DNA of 64,000 bases from Chiloscyllium plagiosum. Taxonomy: Eukaryota. Position numbers and translations under genes: made by a program. The first letter of the stretch is position 1. Each line of letters opens with the position of its first letter. Positions 51,667 to 64,000 of this stretch are shown piece after piece. The stretch lies in the NCBI RefSeq assembly GCF_004010195.1, contig NC_057719.1, forward strand, positions 34,569,692 to 34,633,691, in the 5' to 3' direction. The notes under the pieces are model-generated. The model saw only the letters and a program-made list of their open reading frames with translations, searched no databases and had not been told where the DNA came from.

Positions 51667-51727
51667 CCTTGTAGTGCTATAGAAAAGGATGATATTTAAC
51701 TCAGATTTTGTAACAATTATTTTCCTG

Positions 51728-52355
51728 GAGTAGAGTAGAGTAGCTTTTTATTTGTCATTTCTACGATACACAATTGATACAATAAAAATGAGACAGCGTT
51801 CCTCCAGGATCGAGGGTGCTACATGGACAGCATAAACTACACAATCGTACATGATATAAAGTACATAAATAGTGCAAAATACACAAGTTACAGTGTAAAG
51901 AAGAATAATAAATAATAGACATTTTTCTAGCAGCAATTCAAAGTTGTGCAAAGAATTTCAGATGGGAAAGAGTCCGATCATACAGTGTTAATGAGCCTGA
52001 TGGCTTTGGGGAAGAAACTGTTGCACAGTCTGGCTCTGAGAGACTGAATGCTCCGGTATCTTCTGCCAGATGGCAGGTGGGGGAAAGAGTTTGAGTGAGG
52101 GGTGTGTGGGGTCTTCCACAGTGCTCTTAGCCTTTCGGATATAGCATGTGGAGTAAATGTCTATAATGGAGGGAAGAGAGACCCGATGATCCTCTCAGCT
52201 GTCCTCACTATCCGTTGTAGGTTGTTATGATCTGAGGCAGTGCAATTCCTGAACCAGGCAGCGATGCAGCAGCTCAGAGTACTCTCAATGAACCCTCTGT
52301 AGAATGTGGTGAGGATCAGGGTGGGAGGTGGCTTTCCTCAGCCTGCACAGCAAGT
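51728..52355 (-). mobile_element. Rex1/Babar LINE 3' end
   Basis: Minus strand ILTTFYRGFIESTLSCCIAAWFRNCTASDHNNLQRIVRTAERIIG...DPTHP...LPSGRRYRS...RLCNSFFPKAIRLIN, then a 3'UTR and (CTACT)n tail. Confidence 0.85.
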
Positions 52356-52791
52356 CTATACAACAAATGACTAGAAATAGTTCTGAAGAAGTCATATTCA
52401 ACAATGGGCTAACTGTCTTCTGATTTTACCAGTTCTGTGATTCAAAACATTGAGCAGAATCTTCCCAGTTCATAAGCACTGGCGAACTAGTTAAGCGTAT
52501 ATGGTGAAATCGGAGAAAAGAGATCTTGCCATCAAGAAAATAAAGTCTGATTCTATAATTGTTTGAACACTGAGATGGGAATCTTGATGGTAAGTGGTTA
52601 GAGGTGTATTTGTATACATTAACATAGAGTTAGTAGCTAACCTCGCGTCAGTGACATGCAGGTTTCCATTCTCCCATGGACAATCAAGCTACTGACTTCT
52701 TGTAACCTGTTCAGTTGGAGACATCAACAAGGATTCAGATTTTTTTTTAATTGTTATCCTCCAGCATTTAGTTGTGTTTACTCAATTCTTA

Positions 52792-52963
52792 AGCAACTAG
52801 TCTGCAAACTGTTTAATCATGCATTTGATAATCTAAGAGCCACATTCCACTGCTTGGCCCAATACATGTGTTACATTATGATTCACACATGTATTGGGAC
52901 ATAATTTTACACCACAGCAACTAGTCTGCAAACTGTTTAATCATGCATTTGATAATCTAAGAG
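52792..52963 (+). repeat. Perfect 48-bp direct duplication flanking a 76-bp filler containing a 14-bp hairpin
   Basis: 52792-52839 is identical to 52916-52963; CCCAATACATGTGT (52858-52871) pairs with ACACATGTATTGGG (52885-52898). Confidence 0.95.
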
Positions 52964-54559
52964 ATTAGCATTTGTTAACGACTTCAGATGTTATATTAGA
53001 AATTGTTTATTTTTGCTAGCTAGCTGAGTTATTTGATTTTTTGAGTGAATATTCTCATATTCCAGGAGACATTCTGCTGTTCACAGTCCGTTATTTAAAA
53101 GTCGAGTCAATTCTCCCTCAAAGGCAGTATACCAATCAGAAAGAAAGAATTACCTCAGCTGTGCTGAGAATCATTTTTAGAATGGGGAACAGCACATGCA
53201 TTAGCAATGGGGATGATTGACTGTTCACTCAAACAATTGTAGACTTGGTCTGATCAGCAGGTCTGATTAACCTGGAGGTACAAAACCCTCCACAAGGGAC
53301 AACCCTGAAACAGACATGTGCCTCATTAGTGTTTATGGCCTTTGACTGTTAAATTCAATATTACCAAGTGGATTGGAGCTATGACTGCTCCATTCATAAT
53401 TCTTAAGGATTTTTCTGAATAAGCAATGTCCCAAAGATAAGTTTTTTGAAAAGCGCATTTTCCATATTCTCCAGTCTCAGGAGGGTGAGAAACCAGAGAT
53501 ATGGCCCAAGATGCACTTCAGTACCCCTTAAAATTCTCACCACACTGATTCTGTGGGATTTGACTGGGAGGTCTCAACATTTTACTGGCAATTGATCTGT
53601 TCACCATGAACTTCTGAAGCAGAAATTTTGGACAGTTCTGATGTATTTACCTGGATGGAAAAATCCTAGTCTAACTGATTAGTAAATGCAGAACTGCATC
53701 CCTACTCCCTCTCCAAACACACAGACTGACTCCCTTCTTGGCCCCTTTAAACCCTGAAAACCCCCCTCGGCTACCCACCTGAACTGACCCCGATCTGACC
53801 CAACTACCCCACACCATCTGACCAAACCACCTTCTGATCTGACTTTACTCACCTCAACTACCCAGTTATCCTCTGATCCAGTGACCCTGCCCTCAACATG
53901 ACCTGATAAGGCCTCTCAATCTGGTTTGACTACCCATCACCCTTTCTCACCCATCTACTTTACCCACCTGTCACTCTACCCCTCAGCCACAATTCCATCC
54001 TCCCACCATCCACCCTGCTCACCTACTTCACCCATCTACCCACCCTAACACTCCATTTGTTCGCTCATTCACTAACATTCACAGAGGTTACATTACGGGA
54101 GTTGGTGATGTTAAAAAAGGGGAAATTGCTGATCATCCCCATGACACGCAGCACAACGTAAAGGCTCTCCATTTTAAAAGATTGACTTTGCATTTCTGAA
54201 AAAGCCGCTACTGGAAAAGCTGCCTATAAATGCAGAGCTGTGATTGGCATGGAGCAGTAGTTCCCAATTCTGTAGTATCCTAATTGCCCCATCAATGATT
54301 GCTGCCCCAGGCCTGCACTGTTCCCACACAATAATACTGTCAGTCGAACCAAATCCAGTCCACGGCGTCACAAGATGAATTACATCCAGTGAAAATGAAG
54401 GAAATTAGATCAGAATTAACATGGAGATTTAATCAAGTTTGCTGAAATGATAAGCAAATGACAGAGCTCTCATTAAGCAGGAAAGTAAAAAACACGTACG
54501 CTATTGGTGAAACGCTTTCAGGACATTTCAATATATGGGTAAATATCACACAAAATTAG

Positions 54560-55740
54560 TTAATACCAAAACTCATATTGCTATGATGCCTCAGTACCTT
54601 CTCTAAGCCCGAAGAAAACCTGAGCTAGAAACATAAATGGAACAAATGAACGTGTTAGGAATGCCTGACAAGGAAAATTACTAGCAAAGTAAACACTAAC
54701 CTACTGCATGGGTGATAGAGGACATCCTGAAACCAATCAACCTAAATAATAATGAGAGGATCATGAAGACAGAACACATTAATGGAACACCTTTTCATCA
54801 TCAGAAAAACTGATTATTTATGATGGGATTAATTTCAGAAAAGAAAGCAGCAACATGAGAGCCTGCAGAAGCCTTAATAACTGAGTTAAGGTGAAAAGTA
54901 ACAGTGTTCATTGCGACTTGGCCTCACCGTCCCAACAGAGATTTCACCACAGGAGCAAGAATTCTTTTAAAGGGACTTATTGCCTGAAACAGACCAGTGT
55001 TTTGTATCCAGGTGGAGATCCATATCAAATTGGATCTGGCCACATTATCTTTGCTCACAGCCAGTTAAAGCACTCCAGCAATGAGCACCCTGTAGAGAGT
55101 GTCAGTGAGCTTATGATATCATTATGTTACTCCAAAATGATTTAGGAACTGCATTCTAATGTGTGGGTGTACATGTACATTCAGAGTGCTACATCATTCA
55201 CTGCTGTGCCTCAGGGTACCAAAGCAACAATATCATTCCACCCCACGGAGATATGACAAGCACAGTCAATGACAGTCAATGTGATTACTTACAGGCTTCT
55301 GGGAACCACAATACACAACAGAGCTCTTGGGTTCTTGTGGAACTCTACAATCAGGACAGATTAATGCACAGATCTGCAAAGTTAATGCTCATGAGCCCAG
55401 CCAGAGAGTACCTTTCAAATATGGTGCTCCTAATAACAAAAAAAAAGCAAAACTAAAGAAATCTGCACAATACTGCCTTATACGGACAAGACAATGTCAG
55501 CAGGTTAATTACAAAATTGATACAGTACAATGTTGCAAACCTATCAATGAGGGAATGAAACATTGTCAGGGAACTGTGGATATGTCCCAACTTTTGCTGA
55601 TGCCCAAAGTCTCAGGAATTCTTACTCCAGTTCAGAATAAATAAAATGATTCTATTGGCAATAAATGATTTAAAGTCATTACACCAAAAAACATTGGCAG
55701 ACTCAAAAGGTCTGCAGAATATTAACCACGTCAGTAGCCT
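54560..55740 (+). mobile_element. Highly decayed Gypsy gag/pol fragment
   Basis: Frameshifted VNT.YCMGD.EDIL and RKQQH..AEALITELR (gag-like); QRVPF near 55.4 kb is weakly RT-like. Confidence 0.45.
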
Positions 55741-56249
55741 GCATATTAACAGGGGTAGACTCCTGGACTGGATGGGATTTAGGGATAATACAGGGAGAGG
55801 TTTTTATTAAAACTCTACAGCATACACCTTTTGACTTTGACAGCTTCTCCACAAAGAAAAAAAGTCTGTTTGACAGACTTTGATTCCAGTTGGACCTAGA
55901 GGATGTTGGAACATGCTGAAGGACTTAGGGGATGGAGAGGACTATCAAAGCTCTGAGTCTAGTTAGGTGTCTGATCCTAGAAATGGTGTGGAGATCAGAT
56001 GGACCTGAGGGAGGATTACTGAATTTTGAGTGAGAGGATCCAATCTCTAATCCTGGGATTGCTCTCCAACCCCAAGGTGTGGGGTGAGAGGAAGAGGGTG
56101 ATCTGAAGCCCAGGAACAGGGTCCACATTCCTGATCCTGAAAAAGGGGCAGCCTACTCTAACCCCAGGAATATTTGTATAAAGAGGGGATCTAACAGAAA
56201 GAATGGTTGAAGGGGATCTAACAGAAAGAAGCTCTCCTGTTTCTGCGAT

Positions 56250-56562
56250 TGCTCAATGGTTAGCACTGCTCCCTCACCACACCAGGGACCCCGGTACAAT
56301 TCGTGTCTTGGAAGATTGTGTGTGGAGTTTGCATGTATTTCTCGTGTCTAAGTGGATTTCCTCTCACAGTCCAAAGATGCACAGGTTGGGTAGATTGATC
56401 ATGGTAAATTGTCCAGTAGTGTACAGGTTTGGTCAAGCTAGATGGATTATCCATGGTAAATGCATGGTTATGGGCATACGGTAGAGGTGGGTCTGTGTGG
56501 GATATTCTTCAGAGGGTTGGAGCAGACTCGATGGGCCGAATGACCTCCTTCTGCACTGTAGG
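56250..56562 (+). mobile_element. HE1 SINE (diverged)
   Basis: GCTCAATGGTTAGCACTGC head; V-domain; tail GGGCCGAATGACCTCCTTCTGCACTGTAG. Confidence 0.85.
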
Positions 56563-56992
56563 TAGACTAGGACAAGGAGTGTTGTAAAGGCTCTCAGAAT
56601 CTTCATCCCATCGTTGTCAGCGGGCATGTCCTGAGAAAGCCAGATTCAGGCTCAGGCCTCTAAAACAGCTTAAATAAGAAGTTGCTAGCCTGATTAAGAC
56701 ACTTCAATTGACAAACCACCTTCTGATGACAGCAAGGTGACTGTCTGCTCCTCATCCCACCCCAGTTAAATCCAGGGGTAAGAAAGGTGCGGTCAAGTTG
56801 AAGACTTTATCAATCTTAGCCTCTGATTGACCCCTTTTTGGTGTTAAAATCCAGTCTAATGAGCTCTGATTTACTGCCCAATCAGAAATTAATCTGTAGA
56901 TTTTCTCAAACGTAAAATCTTCCTTCAAACATTATCAGCTAAAACATCACTTCTCTCACCTTACCTACTGCTACCTGTAAATTCAAATCTAT

Positions 56993-57297
56993 AGTGGCTC
57001 AGTGGTTAGCACTGCAGCCTCACAGCATCAGGGTCCCAGGTTCAATACCAGCCTTGGGTGACTGTCTGTGTGGAGTTTGCACATTCTCCCTGTGTCTGCG
57101 TGGGTTTGCTCTGCGTGCTCCGGTTTCCTTCCATAATCCAAAGATGTTCAGGTCAGGTGAATTGGCTATACTAAACTGCTCATAGCGTTAGGTGCATTAG
57201 TCAGAGGGAGATGGGTCTGGGTGGGTTACTCTTCGAGCGTTGGTGTGGACTGGTTGGGCCGAAGGGCCTGTTTCCACACTGTAGGGAATCTAATCTA
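56993..57297 (+). mobile_element. HE1 SINE
   Basis: GTGGCTCAGTGGTTAGCACTGC...GGGCCGAAGGGCCTGTTTCCACACTGTAGGGAATCTAATCTA. Confidence 0.95.
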
Positions 57298-57574
57298 TAT
57301 CTTTCACAAGCCTTTCACGAGTTTGGAGTGATTACTGCCTCATCTGTGCAAATACCCAAAATGGGCAGTTATCAAAGGTGTTAACAGTCATTGTTCTCAC
57401 CATTTCTGATGCTAATCTGTTAACAGTGGTACAGAAAGAAGGAAAGATGAAATTATTCTAATTACTGCCATCTTCAATGCTTCCAACTATGTTGAGAAAT
57501 CCAAGTTAATCTGTTAATAAGTTATTGTAAAACGTCATATAATTGCAGTAAGCAATGATGACTGCAAGTCAACA

Positions 57575-58362
57575 AATATTGAAATATGCACAGCAGTCAG
57601 GCAGCATCTGAGGAGCAGGAGTGTCAACATTTCGAGCATAAGCTCTTCATCAGGAAAGGTGGGGGGTGCCCAAAGGTGTGAGAGATAAATGGGAGAGGGT
57701 TGGGGCTGGGGGGAAGCTGGCTAGGAATACAATAGGTAGATGTAGGTGGGGACTGATGGTGATTGGTTGGTGCAGAGGTGGAGCAGATAGGTGGGAAGGA
57801 AGATAGACCAGTAGGACAGTTCAGTTTCAGACACAACAAGAATTCAGATAATTTTTTAAAAATTGTTATCCTCCAGCATTTAGTTGTGTTTATTCAATTC
57901 TTAAGTACGTGTCTGTGGGAGATATTTTCTGAAACATTCTGCAATCTCCTTTACATTGGATAGACAGGACGCTATCTCGCAGAACAGTTCAGAGAACATC
58001 TCCAGGACAAACGCACTAAATAACCCCACTGCCTGGTGGCTGACCACTTCAATTCCCCCTCCCAATCCGCCAAAGACATGCAAGCCCTGAGCCTCCTCCA
58101 CCGTCAATCATAGCCACCCAATGCCTCATCTTCCGCCGTGGGACCATCCAACCACATGGCATCAATGTAAATATCACCAGTTTCCTCATCTCCCCTCCCC
58201 CAACCCTATCCCAGATCCCATTTGTCTCTCAGCCCCCTTGGCCCAACTAATGCTCAAAACATCAATTCTCCTGCTCCTCAAATGCTGCCTGCCCTGCTGT
58301 GCTTTTCCAGCATTGCACTTTTTTAACTCTGGTCTCCAGTATCTGCAGTCTTCACTTGCTCC
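57575..58362. mobile_element. Neptune-type Penelope, inverted termini with GIY-YIG remnant
   Basis: Minus-strand terminal repeat with hammerhead core CTGATGAAGAGCTTATGCTCGAAAT (within 57624-57654); plus strand CNLLYIG*TGRYLAEQFREHL from ~57940; ends CTCCAGTATCTGCAGTCTTCACTTGCTCC. Confidence 0.85.
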
Positions 58363-59548
58363 TAAATGTTGGAATATGCCTAAATAATTTTAATCTTTCA
58401 GACATGCTTTACAGTTAACATTTTCATACCTTTCTTTATACAACATATACTTTGTGATCCATGTTAAACTTGATGCCATCACATTGTGAGAACTGCGCAC
58501 TGTAACCTTCTTCCCTGAAAATGAATTGATTATCACTCTAATGTCACAACTAAAACAATTATTTGAAATCAGCAATGGGAAGTTTTCTTTGTGTGCTAAG
58601 TGTAATGCAGTTAGCAAGACAACCTTTATAAATTCTTTATACTTTTAGTACACATAGCAGACAGAAAAACATCGTTTGAGAAATCATTCTAAATAACACT
58701 CAAATAATGAAATTTCCACTGATTAGGATGTGGTGAGTTCCGGGTGCCAGGATTGTCACAAATACCCAGTTGTTCAGGGCTATACCACATTAGATCTTCT
58801 GGTAATTCTTTCACTTCCATTAGCAGTTATAGTATCATCACCTTTTTGTGCTTTTTTCATTTCCGATGTATGTTTTGACCTGCATTACCTTTTTCTTGTT
58901 TTTCCTCATTCTTTTTTGCATGCTTATCAACTTATACCAATTTTATTCCTTCATATCCTGAAAGCACTGATTCTCTAACATAGTTCACATAACCCACATT
59001 ATGTGCAATATTAGTTGGAGTATAAGTACACAACTTAATGGAAAATGGTTCACAGCAAAACCATATTATGGCCCCACCCAAACCTCATTGCTTTGCAAAT
59101 ACATTGATATAATGCAGCCTCAGATTAAGAAGCCCGTTTAGTAAAAAAAAGAGAATGCCACCCTAAAGATGGTATTAATATTCAAAGTAATGACAAAAAG
59201 GGCACCTTTCAAACATTGGCTTAATATGCTTGCCTTAACTTCCAGAAAAATAATGGAATTTAGTATCAGTATTCCATGTAAGGATTGTCTATAAAACACT
59301 AATTCAGCAATTAACATTTAAAATGGTTTTAAATGGAAAAACCTGACCAACAGAACTCCTGGATTTCTTTGATGAAATGAAAACCCAAATCAGCTGTTGC
59401 AAACTCTATATTTACATCTCCATTTTATAGCATTTCATACAAATAAATGCAATATTGTAAGTTTTCTCAGCTTCTTATGGATAGGAAATTGGTTAATTGG
59501 CAAAGTACATCACAAATGGCATTGACAGAATGAAAAACAAAGTTAACA

Positions 59549-59630
59549 AAAACAGAAGTTGCTGGAAAAACACAGCAGATCAGGCAGTATCTGTGCAGAG
59601 AAATCAGAATCTGGTGACCCTAACTCAGCA
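59549..59630 (-). mobile_element. Short Penelope-type terminal fragment
   Basis: GCTGGAAAAACACAGCAGATCAGGCAG motif; 16-bp TSD-like repeats at 59533-59548 and 59651-59666 (1 mismatch). Confidence 0.6.
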
Positions 59631-60039
59631 GCAGATCCTTCGGATTTATTAAAAATAAAGTTAACACAGACTTAGAAAACTTAGGCCCAGAATTTCATCA
59701 GATCTGCTCCAATCCACCACTTTGCCTCTTCCAGAAAAGTGTGAGAAAGACCCTTTTACATTGCACTTCCATCAAAGCGAGCGCATTATGGCAAGAACAG
59801 CTTTGAGGAAATCATAGCCCCAGTGAATGCTGTCCTCATGATCAACATGACCAACTAATACAGAGTAGTAATTAATAAAGCTAGCAGAATATTGACTACC
59901 AAAGCCAAAACAGTGGACTAGAATTTCAGATGGAATTGTGATCATACTTACCTACAATCAGGTCAGTTTTAGTTGCTAACTTCAATACAATAAAATACAT
60001 AATCTCATCTCCCTCATCTGTAAACGGGAGGGTATGACA

Positions 60040-61200
60040 GAGGACCTGTGAGATTCTGTGTGACCATCTTCAAGAAAGAAAATGAGACTGATTGCAATAA
60101 CTACAGAGGAGTGTCCCTCCTGTCCATCACAGTGAAATCATTACAAAAATACATGCCAACCGCCTTCTCCCATTAGCTGAAGATCTTATGCTAGAGTCAC
60201 AATGTGTATACCATCCATTAAGACGCACAGTGAACATGATTCTCAAAAGCTAAACAAAGTCAAAGAAAAGTGCAGAGAACAGAAGTAACATTTGTAGGTT
60301 GCCTTCTTCAATCCCATAAAGACCTTTGACTCTGTCAGTTAGGAGGAATTATAGAATATTCTCCTTAAATTTGGTAGCATGCAGAAACTTATCACCATTC
60401 TCTGCTGCCTGACAACATGCAAGCCATGATCCTCAACTACAGATCTACCACAGACCTTATGAGATCAGGCATGGCTGTGTCATTACACAAATGCTGTTCT
60501 CCAACTTCCTCACTGCAACATTCCACCTATATCCATGAAGTTTCCTGCAAGAAACTGTCCAACCTGAATTATCTCCAGTTCAAAGTCAAGACTACCCCAT
60601 ATTTCATTGTCAAGTTGCAGAATGTAGGTAATGTTTGTATGCACACTCTCAGAGGCTAGGCTCAAAATCTTTGTTACATATTCATAGATGAATATGAGAG
60701 AATAGGTCTTAGGCTAAGCATTCACATGATAAAGGATTTCTACCAGCCTGCTCAAGACATGTAACACTGTCCCTGACTATCATTCACAATGATAGTCAAT
60801 TCTCTTAGGAGTCTCCTTTCAGCAACAGGAGATTTCAAAAATGAAATTTAATGTCAACTGTAGTGTGCCACTACAGCTTTTAACCATCTGAGGAACTGAG
60901 TATTTGATAACAAAGATTTCAAACCCTACACAGAGTTAATGGGACTTTGCAGGATAGTAATGTTAGTTGTCTTTCTACATCCATAGTGACATGGATATTT
61001 TGAATGAATAAATGCATGAATAAATGAATGGGTTATTGTCATATATATCGTGAAGAATGCAGTAAAAAGCTTATTTTAAGGCAGTCATTACAATTCCATT
61101 GAGAAATATCACCAATGTTGACTGATGGTACAAATCCAATGGCAGAAAAGGCACTCCAGTGTCAATGTCCACTAGGTCAATATCTCTAGCATGTTGAATA
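60040..61200 (+). mobile_element. Decayed RTE-clade LINE RT fragment
   Basis: IFKKENETDCNNYRGVSLLSI, NRLLPLAEDLMLESQC, EKCREQK, KTFDSVS, NILLKFG. Confidence 0.8.
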
Positions 61201-62596
61201 ATCTGGTCATGGCATGTAAAAGGAAATCAAAAATGAAGAATCACCACTAATTTGTCAACTACTAATTTAAATAGACAAGATTTTATATGCTTCTCGCTCC
61301 ATACACATGTAACCTCCTCCACCAAATCCAATTCAACACACTGCATCTAAGTGATCTAGTAGACAAAGATGGTGAATGAAAAAGAAAATGCCAATTCCAT
61401 CCACCAGTACTTCCATTTTCTAACTTACAAACAGTATCAGTTGCAAAAGAACAACAATGCCATGACTATAGTAAATGTATCTTATTAAAGTATGCTGGCA
61501 GGAATAATGTAAAAGAAGATTACAAAGGCACACATTTTTGTTCGGAACATTGGACTTCTCAAAACCCTCAGAGACTACTAGAATTCAAGGTATGCCACTC
61601 AAGAAGTGGTACTCCCACATTAGTTGGTCATGTAGTAATTACATTTCACTGAGAAGCAAACCAAAGCTCACGTTATCCTGAAAGTAACATGAAACAAGAC
61701 AACAATTGAGTGACTGTTTAGAATTTAATGCAAGATGGTGCAAAACTAAGGTTCAAAGTATAAGTAAAAATACCCAATAGATTATTTCATAACCCCAGAC
61801 AACCCTGATGCAACAATTTATTTGAACGCATTTATGTGACAAGAGTATGACTATAATATTTCATCTGGTACAAGTTTATTATCATGGTTGAAGCAATATA
61901 TCATTTGGGATGCAGACTTCTATTCATGAAAGTCTAGCTCTTGTTGCCCTTACTTTCTGCTCTGTCTGTGTCTCATTCACACATTGTGCTGAAGTGATCA
62001 CTGTTGTAACTATTTGACTTTTTTCCTCTAGCACTTACTAATCTATGTACTATAATTAACAGGGGAACTTCCTCACAACCTGCATTCTGATCAACTGGAG
62101 ATGTTGCTTTCAACTGCAAAAGACTCAAAAGAACTGGAAAGCAAAGAAAACAAAGCTGTAGCAATAAATCGATCCAATACTTCATAATACACATAGACAG
62201 AGTAAGATGAGCCCAGTACACTAAGTGGAAAGTGATGACAAAGCATGGATGGTTGCCTCCCCAGTAAAACATTTTCACATTATGAATAGCTTTCATCTAA
62301 TTTATTAAATTATAAAATCCATCTAACTCTATGCAGAATAATTTAACAGGGATTAAAGGCCCCTGAGATATTGATACTCAACAGCTTCTCCTGCTAAAGT
62401 GGCACCAACCAAATATATAGCTATCTTTTCATTAAAGTTGATAACTTACTTCAGCATCAAAATATGGCAGGTTCATGATACAGCCTTTCAACATAATTTG
62501 ATAAATTTTATTGTGCCTTATGAATGCAAATTCTAAAGTACATAAACATTAGATGATTCATACAATTGAAAGAAAGATCAAAGGACTCACATCAGA

Positions 62597-62795
62597 GAAC
62601 CATAGAAGTGTTATGGTGCAGAAGGAGGCCATTCAACCCATTGTGTCTGCATCACCCTGTTAAATAAACACCATTACTGAGGATGAATCGCTTGCTTTTT
62701 CCCTTTACCTTTCCATATTGTTTCTACTCAAATAATCATCCAATGCCCTCTTGAATGCCTCATATAAACCTACCTCCATCACAATTTCAGACAGG
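62597..62795 (-). mobile_element. CR1-like 3' fragment
   Basis: Minus strand VMEVGLYEAFKRALDDYL; tail ...CCTTCTGCACCATAACACTTCTATGGTTCT. Confidence 0.7.
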
Positions 62796-63392
62796 TGAGA
62801 AGTGAAACAAGTATATTTTTGGTGGAACAACACGTAGTAAAGTTCTGGCACACAGCAGAATCACTGTATGTCTAAATCCAAGGCAAATCGAGCCAGAAGC
62901 CGAGAAGTCTTCATGTCTCAAAAAATGGCAAGACATGATTACTCTTGGAGATAATCTCATAAAGAGCCTTATTCTGAGAAATTGATGTAAAGTCTCTTTT
63001 TACCTACATCAGCTCAGCAGATCCACTGGAGATTCTCAATGGAGAACAGAGTTTATTATTGAGCTGGCTGGAGGAAAGTTTGTACAAGGCCTTTCGTAAA
63101 ATGAGGGATTGACTTGGATATTCCAGTCATAGGCAAAAGAGCTCGGAGTCAGCTGTATTAACATGGCAAAGTTCAAGACTTTAACTTACACAACATGGAT
63201 ACTTCAGACTGACATAGGTTGAACCCAGAAGTAACAAATATGGTGTATGAAAGAACTTAGAAGAAAAAAGATCAATATACTTTCAAAGTCTAAAACTGTA
63301 AAAGGATCTTTACTCTTGAATGATGTGAAATGGAACCCAGATTATTTATAAATTTTGCATTCTATTCAAACTTATGTTTAATTTCTAAGAGT

Positions 63393-63515
63393 TTTATTTA
63401 TTCTTTCCTGAAATGTGGGTACCACTGGCAAGACCTTCATTTGATGCCCGTTCCTGATTCCTCCTAAGAAGGTTATGGAGAACCAGCTTCTTGAACTGGT
63501 GCAGTCTATTTGGGA
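63393..63515 (-). mobile_element. Old CR1/L2-group LINE 3' end
   Basis: Minus strand GACTGCACCAGTTCAAGAAGCTGG...GGGCATCAAATG...CCCACATTTCAGGAAAGAATAAATAAAA. Confidence 0.55.
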
Positions 63516-64000
63516 CTTACTACGCTGTGTCACAATCATGTTTGGGGACTGTTTTGGCTGAGGGGAGCGCTGTGTACTCACTGCTGTGGGTGCAGGGCAA
63601 CCATGCTCCGTTAGAGATGAGGCACTGTGAATGAGTCAAGGGCAGGTCCAGAGACCCTGGTTAGGAGTAGCAGAGACCAAGATATCTGACATGGCCAATG
63701 GACATTGCACTTATGTTTGAAGTGCACCAGATGAACTGGATCTGAATGGCAACCATTGATGGGCAGGAAATGCTGCAAAGAGCATTTTCAATCTGCAACC
63801 CTTGGCATATTGCTATCTTACCTAATGGAAATAAGGAAGCAGCTTTCCATTTCTGGACATACATCGGCATATCTTCGATCTTGATCATTCATTCTGTTGT
63901 TATGGCACAGGAGTAGCAGGCCAGACCAAATCAGATTTGCTAACAGTGGATTCAATACACAGTGAAATTAAAACATATCAGTAACCCTCAAAATTGCTCA

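Noticed and set aside
53400..54330. C-rich low-complexity element (and G-rich 55900-56230 with a 20-bp duplication)
   Set aside because: Probably old non-autonomous repeats, but I could not define termini or family.

Overview
Repeat-rich, non-coding vertebrate DNA. The HE1-type V-SINEs, CR1/HER1-like LINE tails and Penelope families point to a cartilaginous fish, probably a shark (inference). I found no credible host protein-coding gene, RNA gene or CRISPR array: the long ORFs all belong to transposable elements and the short ones look like chance. Main contents: (1) a full-length, decayed 5.85-kb L1-clade LINE with a target-site duplication (TSD) at 17278-23131, nested with a Penelope and a SINE inside an older RTE; (2) many Penelope-like elements with hammerhead-ribozyme motifs and fold-back structures; (3) about 10 CR1 fragments and 9 HE1 SINEs; (4) L2, Rex1/Babar, RTE and Gypsy fossils; (5) three decayed, intron-containing Harbinger Myb/SANT genes. 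The most notable observations are a Tx1-like LINE inserted three times at the same position of one solo LTR (an empty copy of that LTR lies at 10.6 kb), several templated-insertion or duplication scars, and repeat-free AT-rich blocks that may be conserved enhancers. All family assignments were made by eye from recalled motifs, and boundaries of old elements are approximate.
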